Source: a virus
IMG/VR virus record: IMGVR_UViG_3300027754_000045
Location: 32,001 to 96,000 of that record
DNA length: 64,000 nt
Strand: one strand, 5' to 3'
This document shows, piece by piece, positions 41,928-51,354 of this stretch (the first letter of the stretch is position 1; every line of letters begins with the position of its first letter). The position numbers and the translations under genes were made by a program. The notes under the pieces were generated by a model. The model was not told the origin of the DNA, did no database searches, and was given only the letters and a program-made list of their open reading frames with translations.

Positions 41928-41971
41928 CTTATGTTATTGTATGAATTAATTTAACGTAAAGCGAATTTGAT

Positions 41972-42382
41972 ATGGAAACTGATGATAATGATATATTTGA
42001 TGGGCTAGGTGTGGAAATTACACTCAAAAGCAAAGACGATTTTCTTAAGGTTCGAGAAACCTTGACTCGTATGGGCGTTTCCTCTAAAAAAGAAAAGAAA
42101 TTATTTCAAAGTTGCCATATTCTACACAAGCGTGGCAGATATGCTATCATGCACTTTAAAGAATTATTAGATCTGGATGGTCTGGAAACAGATATATCAG
42201 ATTCAGATATTGGTCGTAGAAATCTTATAGTGAAGCTTTTAGTGGAATGGGGACTAGTAATCGCTGTAGATCCAGACGAATACAAAGAACCTCAACTTAC
42301 TCTGGCTCAATTAAAGATTATTCCTCACAAGGAAAAAAAAGATTGGGAGTTGTGTGTGAAGTATCATATAGGAAATGGATAA
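41972..42382 (+). CDS. regA: Translational repressor RegA
   Basis: DDFLKVRETLTR.GV.S, L.QSCHILHK.G.Y.I.HFKEL..LDG, RRN.I..LL..WGL, W.L..KY.IG. Confidence 0.97.
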   Translation: METDDNDIFDGLGVEITLKSKDDFLKVRETLTRMGVSSKKEKKLFQSCHILHKRGRYAIMHFKELLDLDGLETDISDSDIGRRNLIVKLLVEWGLVIAVDPDEYKEPQLTLAQLKIIPHKEKKDWELCVKYHIGNG

Positions 42383-42384
42383 TT

Positions 42385-43023
42385 ATGCAAACACAAGTGA
42401 TTAGTTTTTATAGTGATTTAGAAGGATCGACATATTACAGCGATCATGCAAAGCGGTTAAAAGAAGAGTTGGCACACTTTAGAGTGCCAGCCGATATACG
42501 AGAAAAGCCGTCTCTAGGATCATATCAAAAGAATTGTTTGAGCAAACCTCAATTTATCTACCAAATGCTAGTAGAAAAACAAGAGCCAGTAGTATGGCTA
42601 GACATTGATTCTTATATTCGAAAAACACCAGATATATTTGATCTGTTTACTGGAACAACCGATGTTGCCGTTTCTTGCTCAACAACCAAACTTCATGCAG
42701 CAAAAGCATCTCCAATATATTTGGCATTCAATAGCAAAGTATTAGATTTTCTTCAGCATTGGATGTTTATGGCTCGTCAAATAGAAGCTGGAGGACAATG
42801 GTTTGATCATGAAGCACTAATTGGTATTCTTCAAAAATTTCATGGACAGGAAAACTTTCATATGAAATTTATTGGTCCAGAGTATTGTGTTTGGCCTGGA
42901 GATGAAAACGAAAATACGATAATTCTTATGGGATTAGCGGATGTGGAATCAAAGAAACAATCTTTACGTGAATTAGGATATAATGAGGAACTTATAGCAT
43001 GGCAGAGTCCAGGAACAAAGTAA
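42385..43023 (+). CDS. Nucleotide-diphospho-sugar transferase (GT-A, DxD)
   Basis: N...KP.FI, VVWLDIDS, FDHEAL, L/IGPEYC motifs. Start at ATG 42385. Confidence 0.7.
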   Translation: MQTQVISFYSDLEGSTYYSDHAKRLKEELAHFRVPADIREKPSLGSYQKNCLSKPQFIYQMLVEKQEPVVWLDIDSYIRKTPDIFDLFTGTTDVAVSCSTTKLHAAKASPIYLAFNSKVLDFLQHWMFMARQIEAGGQWFDHEALIGILQKFHGQENFHMKFIGPEYCVWPGDENENTIILMGLADVESKKQSLRELGYNEELIAWQSPGTK

Positions 43024-43862
43024 GAGGCATAGGATTACCGTTTGACCCACAATACTCGTCTTGCTCTAATATAAAACCAAAAGATTTTGATTGGGTTATT
43101 ACAGCAGGCGACTGGAATGTGCATATAGACCAAGGTTTATTAATGCAACCAGATAGTACCCCAAAAGAAAAACGGTTTGGGTGGGTATGCGAATCCAAGT
43201 ATATTGTTCCAGATGTATATTGGCTTTTGACCCATAAACACAAAGAGATGTTTGAAGAATATTATACAAAAATATTCACATGCGATCAAGAATTATTGAA
43301 GTTAGATGAACGATTTGTTTATTGCCCAAACGGAAGTAATTATCCTTGGGTTCCTAAAAACAAATGGGAAGTATACACAAAAACTAAGTTATGTTCTATG
43401 TTTTGTTCTCCCAAACTAATGACCGAAGGGCATGTTTATCGACATCAAATTGCTAGACTAGCTCTACATACTGGGTTTGATGTATTTGGTGGAGCACACG
43501 GAACACCAAGAACCGTAATAGATCCTCAAAATCCATGGAACACTAAAATTGATGGGGTAAAAGATTACAGATTTAGTATTGTTATGGAGAATGGAGTTTA
43601 TGATTCTTACTGGACAGAAAAAGTCACAGATTGTTTTGCTACAGGAACTATACCAATTTACTGGGGAACAAAGAAATTACTTGACTTTTTCAAATCTGAT
43701 GGTATAATACTACTAGAAATTGGAAAAGAACAAGAAATTATGGAATCATTAACTACTGAATTATACGAATCTAAATTAAAAGCAGTAAATGCTAATTTAG
43801 AATTAGTTAAAGATATGAAACTTGCTGATGATATTTTATGGAATCATATTCATGAAAGTTGA
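42999..43862 (+). CDS. GT10 fucosyltransferase-like glycosyltransferase
   Basis: YRFSIVMENG...YWTEK..DCFATGTIPIYWG, the GT10 signature. Confidence 0.85.
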   Translation: MAESRNKVRGIGLPFDPQYSSCSNIKPKDFDWVITAGDWNVHIDQGLLMQPDSTPKEKRFGWVCESKYIVPDVYWLLTHKHKEMFEEYYTKIFTCDQELLKLDERFVYCPNGSNYPWVPKNKWEVYTKTKLCSMFCSPKLMTEGHVYRHQIARLALHTGFDVFGGAHGTPRTVIDPQNPWNTKIDGVKDYRFSIVMENGVYDSYWTEKVTDCFATGTIPIYWGTKKLLDFFKSDGIILLEIGKEQEIMESLTTELYESKLKAVNANLELVKDMKLADDILWNHIHES

Positions 43863-44211
43863 AGTATCAAATGGAGAACTTGTAGATAAATATACTATTT
43901 TATTAATTAAATCAAATAAAATATTAGATTTAATAAAACAAAAAAATATACAATTAGAATTAAAAGAAATAGCTCCACTAATAGAATCTTTAAATTTATC
44001 AAAAACTATTATTGATGAATTATTAGAAACGAATAATATATTATGGGAAATTGAAGAAGTTATTCGTGTAAAAGAAAAAAAACAAGAATTTGATGTGGAA
44101 TTTATTGAATTAGCAAGAAACGTATATAAGACAAATACAATCAGATTTAATCAAAAAACTAAAATTAACATATTAACAGAATCTAAAATAATTGAAGAAA
44201 AATCACATTGA
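43852..44211 (+). CDS. DUF6165-like protein
   Basis: VS.GEL.DK.TIL.IK, N..LW.IE..IR, F...FI.LAR.VY..N..R...K..IN....S.I.EEKS. Confidence 0.75.
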   Translation: MKVEVSNGELVDKYTILLIKSNKILDLIKQKNIQLELKEIAPLIESLNLSKTIIDELLETNNILWEIEEVIRVKEKKQEFDVEFIELARNVYKTNTIRFNQKTKINILTESKIIEEKSH

Positions 44212-44951
44212 CAAAATACATTTTAATAGATCAGCCAGCAGGATTAGGTGATATATTTTTTTTACAAAAAGCAGTAAAAAATTTAATAGATTTGGGAAAT
44301 ACAGCTATTTGGCCAGTAATATCCAATTTTAGTTATATCAAAGATTATATACAATATGAAAATTTAATTTTTGTTAATAAAGAAGAAAATTTTTCTTATA
44401 AAGAAATATTTACGGAATGTGAAATTAAACATATACAAAAACCTTTGCTTATAGAAAATTTAAAAGAATCATTAATTTATATTCCATTTATTAGAGCAGA
44501 ATCTCCCCATATGCATGGGATGAAATGTAAATATCCATTAGTACAAAATTCAAGTGATAATTGGCAAAATTATTTTAAATTTGAACGAAATATTAAAAGA
44601 GAATTAGAATTAAAAGAAAAATATAATATTCAAAATGGAGAAGAATTTATTTTTGTAAATGATTTATTTGCTTCTCCACCAGATATGCTAAGAAGAAATA
44701 TAGATATAAAAACAAACAAAAAAATAATATACAATGACGGAGAACCTTGTCATATTTTTGATTATTGTTGGTTATTTGAAAATGCTTCTGAAATTCATAC
44801 AATAGAATCTGCTTTTTGTTATCTAGCTGAAGTGTTAGATACTAATGCAAAACTTTTTATGTATTCCAGAATAATTAATGGACGACCCCAACATAATAAT
44901 TTTGATTATATAGATCACGTTTACAAAAAGAATTGGTTTAAAATACTATGA
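44208..44951 (+). CDS. Putative GT-B glycosyltransferase-like protein
   Basis: N-terminal QPAGLGDI and ENA.EIH.IES motifs; island context. Confidence 0.55.
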   Translation: MTKYILIDQPAGLGDIFFLQKAVKNLIDLGNTAIWPVISNFSYIKDYIQYENLIFVNKEENFSYKEIFTECEIKHIQKPLLIENLKESLIYIPFIRAESPHMHGMKCKYPLVQNSSDNWQNYFKFERNIKRELELKEKYNIQNGEEFIFVNDLFASPPDMLRRNIDIKTNKKIIYNDGEPCHIFDYCWLFENASEIHTIESAFCYLAEVLDTNAKLFMYSRIINGRPQHNNFDYIDHVYKKNWFKIL

Positions 44952-45652
44952 TAAAGTTTAATGACATTACTCTTATTGGTATTGACGGTACTGGAAATGA
45001 TTTTAATATATTAAAATCATTAAAATACAGTAAACAAATATTTCCAAATGCAAAGATTAAATTTTTAACATCTGGTGAACACAAACAAATTGACGAAACA
45101 ATAGAACATATAAAAATTAAAAATTTGAATTATCATGATTTTAGTAAATTTTGTTTAACAGAATGGCACGAACATATTGATACTAAATTTAGTATTAATT
45201 GTCATAATGATGGTTTTGCTGTGAATATACATGCATGGACTGATGAATTTTTAAATTATGATTATATTGGAGCTCCTTGGCCAAGACATAATTTAGAACA
45301 AAGTTCTCAAAGGTGGGAATTAGTCAAAACTGCATATAACAATTCAAATAAATTGTATTGTATTGGAAATGGTGGATTTTCTTTAAGAACAAAAAAATTA
45401 ATGCAGGCAGTAAGTAAATTATATGTAGATGAATATTACGGTATACCAGAAGATTTGGTAATTTGCGTTATATTACGAAAACAATTAGAGGAACAAGGAT
45501 TTAAATTTCCTAATAGTATAGAATTTGCTGGTAAATTTTCTTGCGAAGCACAATTTGTTGATGAATATATATTATCATCGGATAATAGTTTGGGTTTTCA
45601 TTGTGGAGGAACTCATCCTCAAAAAGTAAAATTATTGGAGTCTATATTATGA
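44948..45652 (+). CDS. DUF5672-like putative glycosyltransferase
   Basis: DGF......W..EFL.YDYIGAPW, GNGGFSLR, PED, F..E, GFH. Confidence 0.75.
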   Translation: MIKFNDITLIGIDGTGNDFNILKSLKYSKQIFPNAKIKFLTSGEHKQIDETIEHIKIKNLNYHDFSKFCLTEWHEHIDTKFSINCHNDGFAVNIHAWTDEFLNYDYIGAPWPRHNLEQSSQRWELVKTAYNNSNKLYCIGNGGFSLRTKKLMQAVSKLYVDEYYGIPEDLVICVILRKQLEEQGFKFPNSIEFAGKFSCEAQFVDEYILSSDNSLGFHCGGTHPQKVKLLESIL

Positions 45653-46644
45653 ATGTTTTAATTACAGGTGTTGCTGGTCTATTGGGTTCTCGTCTTGCTG
45701 ACTGGCTAATAGAAAACAATAAAGCAACTGTTTACGGTATTGATGATCTTTCGGGGGGGTTTATTGAAAATATAAACCCAAAGATAAACTTTTATAAAAT
45801 TAATCTGGTAACCAATAGTGAAAAATTAGAATATATTTTTAAAGAACATAATTTTGATTATATATTTCATTTTGCTGCATATGCTGCAGAAGGTCTAAGT
45901 CCATTTATTCGACAATATAATTACGAAAATAATCTTATTGCAACAACAAAATTAATTAATCTTAGTATTAAATATAATATAAAAAGATTTATATTCACCT
46001 CAACTATGGCAGTATATGGTAATGGAGAAGTTCCATTTAAAGAAACACAACAACAAGCACCTATAGATCCATATGGTATTGCAAAATATGCATGTGAAAT
46101 GGATCTTCGTGTGGCTGGCGAACAACATGGTCTTGATTGGTGTATTTTTAGACCGCATAATGTGTATGGGGCAAAACAGAATATATGGGATAAATATAGA
46201 AATGTTTTAGGTATTTGGATGTATCAACACCTTAATGGTATGCCGTTATCAATTTATGGTGATGGAGAACAAACTAGAGCATTTAGTTATATTGATGATT
46301 GTGTTCCTTATTTTTGGTTAGGTGCAATAGATGATCTTTCCTCAAAACAAATATTTAATATTGGTGGAGACGATCATATTTCTATAAACAATGCTTGTAA
46401 TTTATTATTAGATGTGATAGGATCTGGTAATAAAATTCACTTAGAGCAAAGGCACGAAGTGAAACATGCCTGGGCTACCCACGACAAGATTAAATCTATT
46501 TTGAATTTTAAATCAACTACTCCATTACAGGAGGGTCTTAGTAAAATGTGGGAATGGGCAAAAATACAACCATCCAGAGAAAGAATATTGTGGTCTAAGT
46601 ATGAATTGGAAAAAGGAATTTATAATTATTGGAGATTGAAATAA
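45649..46644 (+). CDS. NAD-dependent NDP-sugar epimerase/dehydratase
   Basis: GVAGLLG Rossmann motif, STMAVYG, YGIAK (YxxxK), GDGEQTRAFSYIDD. Confidence 0.9.
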   Translation: MNVLITGVAGLLGSRLADWLIENNKATVYGIDDLSGGFIENINPKINFYKINLVTNSEKLEYIFKEHNFDYIFHFAAYAAEGLSPFIRQYNYENNLIATTKLINLSIKYNIKRFIFTSTMAVYGNGEVPFKETQQQAPIDPYGIAKYACEMDLRVAGEQHGLDWCIFRPHNVYGAKQNIWDKYRNVLGIWMYQHLNGMPLSIYGDGEQTRAFSYIDDCVPYFWLGAIDDLSSKQIFNIGGDDHISINNACNLLLDVIGSGNKIHLEQRHEVKHAWATHDKIKSILNFKSTTPLQEGLSKMWEWAKIQPSRERILWSKYELEKGIYNYWRLK

Positions 46645-46645
46645 T

Positions 46646-47275
46646 ATGGCACAAGGTGTATACAAAATTACAGAAGAATTTGAAGAAAAAGTAGCAAAAT
46701 ACACAGGTTCTCCTTATGCCATTGCTCTTGATAATATGAGTAATGCTTTATTTCTTGCATTATATTACGAAAAGGTTCAAGGTTTAGAGATAACAATACC
46801 ATCAAGAACATATATGTCAGTTCCTTGTGAAATAATTCATGCTGGAGCAAAAGTAAAATTTGAACCAGTAGAAGGAACTAAAATTAAAGGTGCATATCAA
46901 CTTAAACCAACTAAAGTTTGGGATTGTGCTTTACGTTTTACTTCTAAGATGTATGTTCCTAATACACACATGTGTTTATCCTTTACTGGTCCGTATAAGC
47001 ATTTAAAATTAAGTAAGGGTGGAATGATACTTACAGATGACGAAAAGGCATATAATTGGTTTAAACGTGCCAGATTTAGTGGAAGAAACGAGACTTCTTA
47101 TCACGAAGACGCATTTGATATGCTTGGGTGGAACTTTTATATGATGCCAGAAATTGCTGCACGTGGTCTTCTTTTTATGACTCAATTTTATGATATCAAT
47201 GGAACACCAAAGGAAAATGAAGATATTGAATTAGGATATCCAGATTTGTCACAATACAAGATCTATACAAAATGA
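46646..47275 (+). CDS. DegT/DnrJ/EryC1/StrS-family sugar aminotransferase (short form)
   Basis: FEE.VA.YTG..YA.A, WDCA, SFTGPYKHL (PLP Lys), GGMILTDD, GWN.YM..E.AARG. Confidence 0.8.
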   Translation: MAQGVYKITEEFEEKVAKYTGSPYAIALDNMSNALFLALYYEKVQGLEITIPSRTYMSVPCEIIHAGAKVKFEPVEGTKIKGAYQLKPTKVWDCALRFTSKMYVPNTHMCLSFTGPYKHLKLSKGGMILTDDEKAYNWFKRARFSGRNETSYHEDAFDMLGWNFYMMPEIAARGLLFMTQFYDINGTPKENEDIELGYPDLSQYKIYTK

Positions 47276-47865
47276 AAAAGGCAATAATAGGAAATGGATC
47301 GTTTGCAAAAGAGATTTATTGTTATATTCGAGATAATGGGGATATGTCTGATATAGTTTTTTTTGTAGACGACCAGTATAAAACTGAAAATTGTAAAGGA
47401 TTATCTGAATTTGATCCTGAAAATTATGAAGTGGTTGTAGCAATTGCTAATCCTATAGTAAGAGAACAATTTGTCAATAAGCTTCCAAAAAATACAAAAT
47501 ATTTTACTATGATTCACAAGTCAGCACAATTATTAGATTCAAATATTAAAATTGGAGAAGGAAGTATAATATGTGCAAATGTTGTTTTAACTACCAATAT
47601 AAATTTAGGAAAACATACTCAATTAAATTTATTATCATCAATTGGTCATGATTGTGTAGTTGGTGACTACTTCACTACAGCACCAGGAGCAAAAATATCA
47701 GGGAATTGTTGTATAGGAAATAGAGTGTACATCGGAACAAATGGATCAGTTAAAGAAAAAACAAAAATTTGTGATGATGTAATCGTTGGGTTAAATGGTG
47801 GTGTTGTTAAAGATATAGAAATTCCAGGAACATATGTGGGATGTCCCACCAAAAGGATAAAATGA
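47272..47865 (+). CDS. PglD/NeuD-like sugar N/O-acetyltransferase
   Basis: G.G.FAKE, FVDD, AIANP..R, hexapeptide repeats with IGHDC, VG.P. Confidence 0.88.
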   Translation: MKKAIIGNGSFAKEIYCYIRDNGDMSDIVFFVDDQYKTENCKGLSEFDPENYEVVVAIANPIVREQFVNKLPKNTKYFTMIHKSAQLLDSNIKIGEGSIICANVVLTTNINLGKHTQLNLLSSIGHDCVVGDYFTTAPGAKISGNCCIGNRVYIGTNGSVKEKTKICDDVIVGLNGGVVKDIEIPGTYVGCPTKRIK

Positions 47866-48608
47866 TACATATATATTTTCGTCATTATAATGTTGGGGGA
47901 GATGATAATTCTTCTAGGCAAGATGGTCGTTATAAAGCACGATCTGCTCGTCGTTGGGGAAACGTGGATAGTTGGTTTAGTTATGAAAAGGTATTTCTTA
48001 ATCTACTCAGTACTACTGCTGGAACTAATGTAAAAATTAATGTTATGATGGATGGTGTTATTGAGGAAAATTGGATAGCAAAATATAAAGATAAATTTAC
48101 AGGATATCAATTTGAAGGTGGAACTGATGGATTATCGTTTCATTCAACTTTGAGTATTATTAAAAACGATACATCAATTCAACCTAATGATATAGTCTAT
48201 CTTTTGGAAAATGATTATCTTCATGTAGATGGGTGGGTTCGTAAAGTAGAAGAATTATTTGAAATGTATAATAATAATGTAAGCTATGTTTCTCTGTACG
48301 ATCATCTTGATAAATACATCTATGATCATTATTCGCATTTAAGAGAAAAAATTATTATAAGCAAAACTCACCACTGGAGAACTACTCCCAGCACAACAGG
48401 AACATTTATGTTAACTAAAAAGATTTTTGATGAAGATTATGATACACATTCAACACGAATGGATGATCATGCTAAGTTTGTATGGTTACAAGAAAACAGA
48501 CAAAGATTTTTATTAACACCTATTCCTGGATTATCAACACATTGTGTTGGAGAATGTTCTCCTACTATAGATTGGCAAGCAATTAGTGATAAAGAAATAA
48601 TATTATGA
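47862..48608 (+). CDS. Putative GT-A glycosyltransferase
   Basis: IVYLLENDYLH, YVSLYDH.DKY, HWRT.PSTT.T, PG.STH. Confidence 0.6.
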   Translation: MIHIYFRHYNVGGDDNSSRQDGRYKARSARRWGNVDSWFSYEKVFLNLLSTTAGTNVKINVMMDGVIEENWIAKYKDKFTGYQFEGGTDGLSFHSTLSIIKNDTSIQPNDIVYLLENDYLHVDGWVRKVEELFEMYNNNVSYVSLYDHLDKYIYDHYSHLREKIIISKTHHWRTTPSTTGTFMLTKKIFDEDYDTHSTRMDDHAKFVWLQENRQRFLLTPIPGLSTHCVGECSPTIDWQAISDKEIIL

Positions 48609-49216
48609 ATTCAGTTGAACAATCATATCAGTTGTTAGTGGAAAGTTCATCGGATATAAATGAACATTTGCCGACATTAAAACGATATGCAGAGGAATGT
48701 GATCATATTACTGAAATGGGTGTAAGGTGGGTTGTTTCTACATTTGCCTTTGCTGTTGCAAAACCAAAGACATTTGTGTCTATTGATATCATAGATCCTC
48801 GTAGTGATTTTGAAAATTGGAATTCTGTTTGGGGATCTGGAGAACGGCTGAATAACATAATTAAATATTGTGCTGAAAATAATGTAAATTATTCATTTTT
48901 GTTAAGTGATACCACAAAAATCACTATTGATGAAACTGATTTGTTGTTTATTGATACATTACATGAATATAATCAAATTAAAACAGAATTAAAATTACAC
49001 GGAAACAAGGCAAAAAAATATCTAATATTTCATGATACTGAAAATTTTAAATTTAGAGACGAAAGAACCCCAGACGTATATGGGTTATCAAGCAAAGATA
49101 AACTTGGAATATGGTCTGCCATTGAGGAATTTTTAATAGAAAATCCACATTGGAAGATTCATGAATTATTTACTAATTGTAATGGTCTTACTATCCTGAA
49201 ACGAGTTAATGTATGA
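48605..49216 (+). CDS. Class I SAM-dependent methyltransferase (Methyltransf_24-like)
   Basis: DI.EHL, EMGVR..VST, DLLFIDTLH.Y, FHDT, NGLT.L.R. Confidence 0.8.
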   Translation: MNSVEQSYQLLVESSSDINEHLPTLKRYAEECDHITEMGVRWVVSTFAFAVAKPKTFVSIDIIDPRSDFENWNSVWGSGERLNNIIKYCAENNVNYSFLLSDTTKITIDETDLLFIDTLHEYNQIKTELKLHGNKAKKYLIFHDTENFKFRDERTPDVYGLSSKDKLGIWSAIEEFLIENPHWKIHELFTNCNGLTILKRVNV

Positions 49217-49941
49217 TAGATTTATCAAGAGTTACTCTTGTGACTATAGATGGTAGTGGAAAAGATACTACTAAACTTCTTGAAGTTATTGATATATGTA
49301 CTCGTAAAATAAATTTTGGATCTGTTATTTTAATTACAGCAGATCCAGATATTGAATCAAACGATAAAGTTACAATTCACAGAATTCAAAAAATGACATA
49401 TCCAGAATATAATGCATTCTGTATAACTGATTTAAATGAATATATAAATACAGAGTTTTGTTTGATTGCACAAACTGATGGATTCATTTGTAAACCAACA
49501 AATTGGATGGATGAATTTTATAACTATGATTATATTGGGGCTCCTTGGATGGATGCTGAGCCTGGTTATTTTCCTTGGGTGACTGAACCAAAATATCAAG
49601 TAGGTTGTGGTGGTTTTTGTTTCCGTAGCAAGAAACTTTTACAGGCAGGAGCAGATATAAACAAAGTAGGTATAAATAAAGGATACATCACTAGGATGAC
49701 AGAGGCAGGAATGGGCGAAGATGTAATTATATGTGTATCTCTCAGAAATTATTTTGAAAAAATGGATTGTAAATTTCCTACAGGAGAATTTGCAAAAAAG
49801 TTTGCACTCGGAAGTGCTCCTTTAAAGGAAAATCAGTTAGAAACTACATTTGGATTTCATAGTAATGAATATATGCCAGAAGTGAGAAAAATGATTGAAA
49901 GGTGGGATGATTATGAAACTACAAGAAATATTAATAAATAA
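49213..49941 (+). CDS. DUF5672-like putative glycosyltransferase (paralog of 44948)
   Basis: Q.DGF....W.DEF..YDYIGAPW, VG.GGF..RS, ED, FGFH. Confidence 0.75.
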   Translation: MIDLSRVTLVTIDGSGKDTTKLLEVIDICTRKINFGSVILITADPDIESNDKVTIHRIQKMTYPEYNAFCITDLNEYINTEFCLIAQTDGFICKPTNWMDEFYNYDYIGAPWMDAEPGYFPWVTEPKYQVGCGGFCFRSKKLLQAGADINKVGINKGYITRMTEAGMGEDVIICVSLRNYFEKMDCKFPTGEFAKKFALGSAPLKENQLETTFGFHSNEYMPEVRKMIERWDDYETTRNINK

Positions 49942-50494
49942 TAAACACTGGAATTCTCCAATAGAAGGAGGACCAGGAACGGACAAAAATACAGGACATA
50001 GTTATATTTCTGGATTTTATGAAGAAGCATTTTTTCCTTATAAAACTAAACATATCTCTATTCTTGAAATAGGAATAGCAAGAGGTGATTCATTATTATT
50101 ATGGAATGAATATTTCAAAAATAGTAAATTAATTTATGGTTTAGATAACCACAATCAATTATCATCAGAAGTTAAATCACATTCAAATTTAAATATAATA
50201 TTCAATAATGCATACACAGAACAAATTGCAAACACACTTCCAACATTTGATATTGTAATTGACGATGGTCCACATAGTTTAGATTCTCAATGTATTGCTA
50301 TCTCTTTATATCTTCCAAAAGTAAATCCTGGTGGTATTTTTATAATTGAAGATGTTCAATCTGAAAGTTATATTGAAACATTTAAAAACTTAGTTCCAGA
50401 AAAATATAGAAAATATTGTGAATTTATTGATCTTCGTAAGATTAAAAATAGAGTAGATGATATGATGTTTGTTGTAAGAATTCCTGAGGAATAA
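49913..50494 (+). CDS. Class I SAM-dependent sugar O-methyltransferase-like
   Basis: GTDK...HSY...Y, ILEIGI..G.S..LW..YF, DIVIDDG.H, GG.FIIEDV. Confidence 0.8.
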   Translation: MKLQEILINNKHWNSPIEGGPGTDKNTGHSYISGFYEEAFFPYKTKHISILEIGIARGDSLLLWNEYFKNSKLIYGLDNHNQLSSEVKSHSNLNIIFNNAYTEQIANTLPTFDIVIDDGPHSLDSQCIAISLYLPKVNPGGIFIIEDVQSESYIETFKNLVPEKYRKYCEFIDLRKIKNRVDDMMFVVRIPEE

Positions 50495-50495
50495 A

Positions 50496-51299
50496 ATGCC
50501 AAAAATATATGACTGTTTTCAATTTTTTAATGAATTGGATATTTTAGAAATACGATTAAACGAACTTAATTCTGAAGTTGATTATTTTGTTATTGTTGAA
50601 GCAGAAACTAGCCATCAACTTAAACCAAAACCATTATATTTTGAAGAAAATAAAAAAAGATATAGTGAGTTTTTAGATAAAATTATTCATGTTGTTGTTC
50701 CAGCTAATAAATTTGTAACCCCAGATATTTTTAATTTTGCTCATCGTAATGACCAAATCCAAAGAGATTATTTAAGAAATGGAATAAAAGATGCAAATGA
50801 TACAGATTTTATTATTATTTCTGATTTAGATGAAATTGTTTCTAGTAAAAAATTAAACGAATATAAACATTCATCATATGGCGAACAAGGAATACCTGTT
50901 ATTTTTGAACAAAATTTTTATATGTGGTATTTAAATACTAGAGTATCTAATTATATGTGGCATAATTCTGGTATTGTAAGAAAACAAGATTTAGATAAAG
51001 TTGGTACTAGGGGATTTAAAGATAATAAAACTTGTTTAATGTATCCTAGAATAAAAAATGGTGGATGGCATTTTTCTTATATTGGCTCACCTAATCAGGT
51101 TAAAACTAAATTAGATAATTTTGCACATACAGAATTTTCACATATAAGTATAGAAAATTTAACTCAAAATAAAGAAAATTTAACCGATCCTTTGTGTAGA
51201 TCAGACGAAGGAATTAATTTTATAATTGATTCTATAGATACTATGCCAGAATATGTACAAAATAATATTGAAAAATTTAAAGAATTTATAAAACAATAA
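50496..51299 (+). CDS. GT17 (beta-1,4-GlcNAc transferase-like) glycosyltransferase
   Basis: YDCF.F.NELD.LE.RL..L...VDYFVIVE, QR, ISDLDEI, GGWHFSY, K...F.H.E. Confidence 0.85.
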   Translation: MPKIYDCFQFFNELDILEIRLNELNSEVDYFVIVEAETSHQLKPKPLYFEENKKRYSEFLDKIIHVVVPANKFVTPDIFNFAHRNDQIQRDYLRNGIKDANDTDFIIISDLDEIVSSKKLNEYKHSSYGEQGIPVIFEQNFYMWYLNTRVSNYMWHNSGIVRKQDLDKVGTRGFKDNKTCLMYPRIKNGGWHFSYIGSPNQVKTKLDNFAHTEFSHISIENLTQNKENLTDPLCRSDEGINFIIDSIDTMPEYVQNNIEKFKEFIKQ

Positions 51300-51300
51300 A

Positions 51301-51328
51301 TTGACATTTATATTATATCGTGTATAAT
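51301..51328 (+). promoter_or_regulatory. Consensus sigma70 promoter upstream of the GME-like gene
   Basis: TTGACA-16 nt-TATAAT, intergenic. Confidence 0.8.
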
Positions 51329-51354
51329 ATTAAAACAGAAAGAAGATTTATGTT

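Noticed and set aside
764-49678. Intragenic TATAAATA matches (764, 3597, 6118, 49443, 49671)
   Set aside because: Expected by chance in very AT-rich coding DNA, so not called as promoters.
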